DNA of 63,016 nt, filler included, from Octopus bimaculoides (taxonomy: Eukaryota), in NCBI RefSeq assembly GCF_001194135.2. It is 6 parts of 6 records of this genome, joined end to end, with 100 filler letters (N's around TTAATTAATTAA, not from the genome) between each part and the next. Parts side by side here need not be neighbours in the genome. Positions count along the whole stretch, not along the records: positions 56,983 to 61,401 come from NC_068995.1; positions 61,502 to 63,016 come from NW_026331554.1; 4 more parts are not named here. One strand, written 5' to 3'. The first letter of the stretch is position 1, and every line of letters begins with the position of its first letter. The translations under genes and the position numbers were made by a program. The notes under the pieces were generated by a model. The model did no database searches. It worked only from the letters and a program-made list of their open reading frames with translations, and was not told where the DNA came from. Below are positions 61,026-63,016 of this stretch, one piece after another.

Positions 61026-63016
61026 CAATGATTATTTTAGAATGTCATTCCTTCGAGACTATGAGGCATCTTCAATGGCAAAAGCAAAGTATCCCTCACC
61101 TACGGGCGAAATTTTAGCCATACTTTAATTTCAATCCGCCTCTTCGAAGTTCTCTGAAAGCTTTATGAAAAATAAAATATATAAGCCGTAATTCCAAAAC
61201 ATTATAATCTGCAAATCTATGAATTCCTAAAAGAACATATTCACTACGCTTTTCAACGCTGACGATTCCCAACAGGTTCTGAAACCTTTTGAGTTTATCA
61301 GTGGTTTTCTAAAATGTATCCCCGTCTCTGTTTCATGTTTTTGGAAATAGCTTCTCAATCATTAGCCTATCATTTTAAAAGGTCGGAAGTACATCTTGAA
61401 TNNNNNNNNNNNNNNNNNNNNNNNNNNNNNNNNNNNNNNNNNNNNTTAATTAATTAANNNNNNNNNNNNNNNNNNNNNNNNNNNNNNNNNNNNNNNNNNN
61501 NACACACACACACACACACACACACATACACACACACACGCACGCGCGCAGACACACAGACACACACACACACATATTGGTATGTATATATCAGACTTAA
61601 TGTAAGCATATTGTTGAAAAGGAAATTGTCTGCTGTATTCGTCCGGAGATAACATCTCTTATAGAAACGCTGTGTCTCAAAGCACAATATACATTGGTGG
61701 CAGACGAAAATTGTCCTAGCGGCACCTGTAAGAAATATGTGGAAAATATCGAGAAAAACGGAAAACCGTTGCTTTTCGAACAAAATCCCTTGTAAATCTG
61801 TTGTCAACTACGTAATGCTGATAATTTGTTCTGATTGTCACTGTGAATCAGTGATTGGTTCATTGCAATACTGTACCAACAACAGTAATAAACCTAAATC
61901 TAAGCTTTTGGCACGAGACACTGGCGAATAAACTTATTTTACAACCCACATTGGATTTAACGTTTCTTTTGAATGCCTTAAGTATGAAGATGTATATAAC
62001 GGTAACGACTAGCAAGTCACTTGTCTTCTAGATCGTTCTATCTTGCTTTCTGTCTATTTGAAGCTACACTGTTTACTGCAACAATGATGAATCGTATGAG
62101 AAATCAGGACATGTATTCTCTCCCCTGGCCATCTATTTCTGCAGATGACTTAAGTGATTATCAATGAATGATCTTGATGTAATTTATTAAACTTCTGTCC
62201 TGAACAACTCTGACCCAGCACGAATAATAACAAAAAAAAAAAGAAAAAAAAGAAAGAAAAGATAACAAAAAGCAAGCAAAGATAATCATATTTATTTTTC
62301 TAATATATTGATTATCTAGATTGACTTTAGAATCAATGGGGCCGCGTGAATTATTTGTATCTAATTAAGCAAATCATATTGGATGAAAGACAATGTCTAC
62401 CCCGGTGGGATTGGAATTCTAAGTGTAGAAGGATGAAGTTAAATACTGCAAATCAGTACACTTTTCTGCCAATCAATATCCTAATTTATCTCATAAATTT
62501 ATGGTTATTGCAACTAAGACTGCAATTTGATTTGCTTTGTATTTGCATAGTGACAATAAATTGAATTGGTTTGAATTGCCTTAGAGAAGATTCTGCGACT
62601 TAGTTTCAATGTATAGCTGTAGATATTTCCCTCTACTTACATTAATAAAAAAAAAAATTAACTCATTTCAAATTTGTTCTTGCTTTAGGCTCTATAGAAT
62701 TATTTATATATTGTTTCAAATAATGTTCTATTAACAATATCATCTAGTATCTAAAACCTATCTACTTCTCAAATCAACATTCATCATGTTAATTATATTC
62801 TTTTATTTTGTTATTCTTGAAAAGGATTCAGTCACTGGAATGCCTCCATGATGGAGCTTCAGCTTCAATAGATTTTATTCAATTACATCAGTTCGACTAC
62901 GTATTTTAGCCTGAAAATTATTTGTATCGATCTTCAGCTATTGAACCGCAAGAACAAGCCTGAAGATCTATACGGATGTACATCCATATGCATACATACA
63001 TACATACATACATACA

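Overview
This is a eukaryotic, AT-rich, microsatellite-saturated window with roughly 4.4 kb of N gaps. The SINE and microsatellite makeup looks like a cephalopod (Octopus-type) genome; that is an inference from recognition, not a database result. Almost all ORF-track entries are artefacts of simple repeats or gaps. Only one host-gene exon is well supported: a 174-nt coding exon of ABHD11 (7823-7996, +) carrying DARNHG and the GHSMGG nucleophile motif. I found no neighbouring ABHD11 exons. The rest is layered transposon debris: four different decayed mariners, a Tc1, a Helitron 3' end, RLE (R4/Dong-like) LINE fragments including a ~6 kb cluster, RTE and CR1/L2-type fragments, a Penelope GIY-YIG remnant, two probable solo LTRs, MITEs and several SINE families. 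The most unusual observations are: (1) two different minimal type-I hammerhead-like folds (48504-48546 and 52194-52233, both -), one inside a fold-back element headed by a tRNA-like Pol III promoter; (2) a solo LTR whose empty pre-insertion site survives in a local duplicate; (3) a 1.07-kb solo LTR with promoter elements and a possible spliced read-out. I see no convincing new multi-gene system. Repeat boundaries are approximate unless TIRs/TSDs are given.
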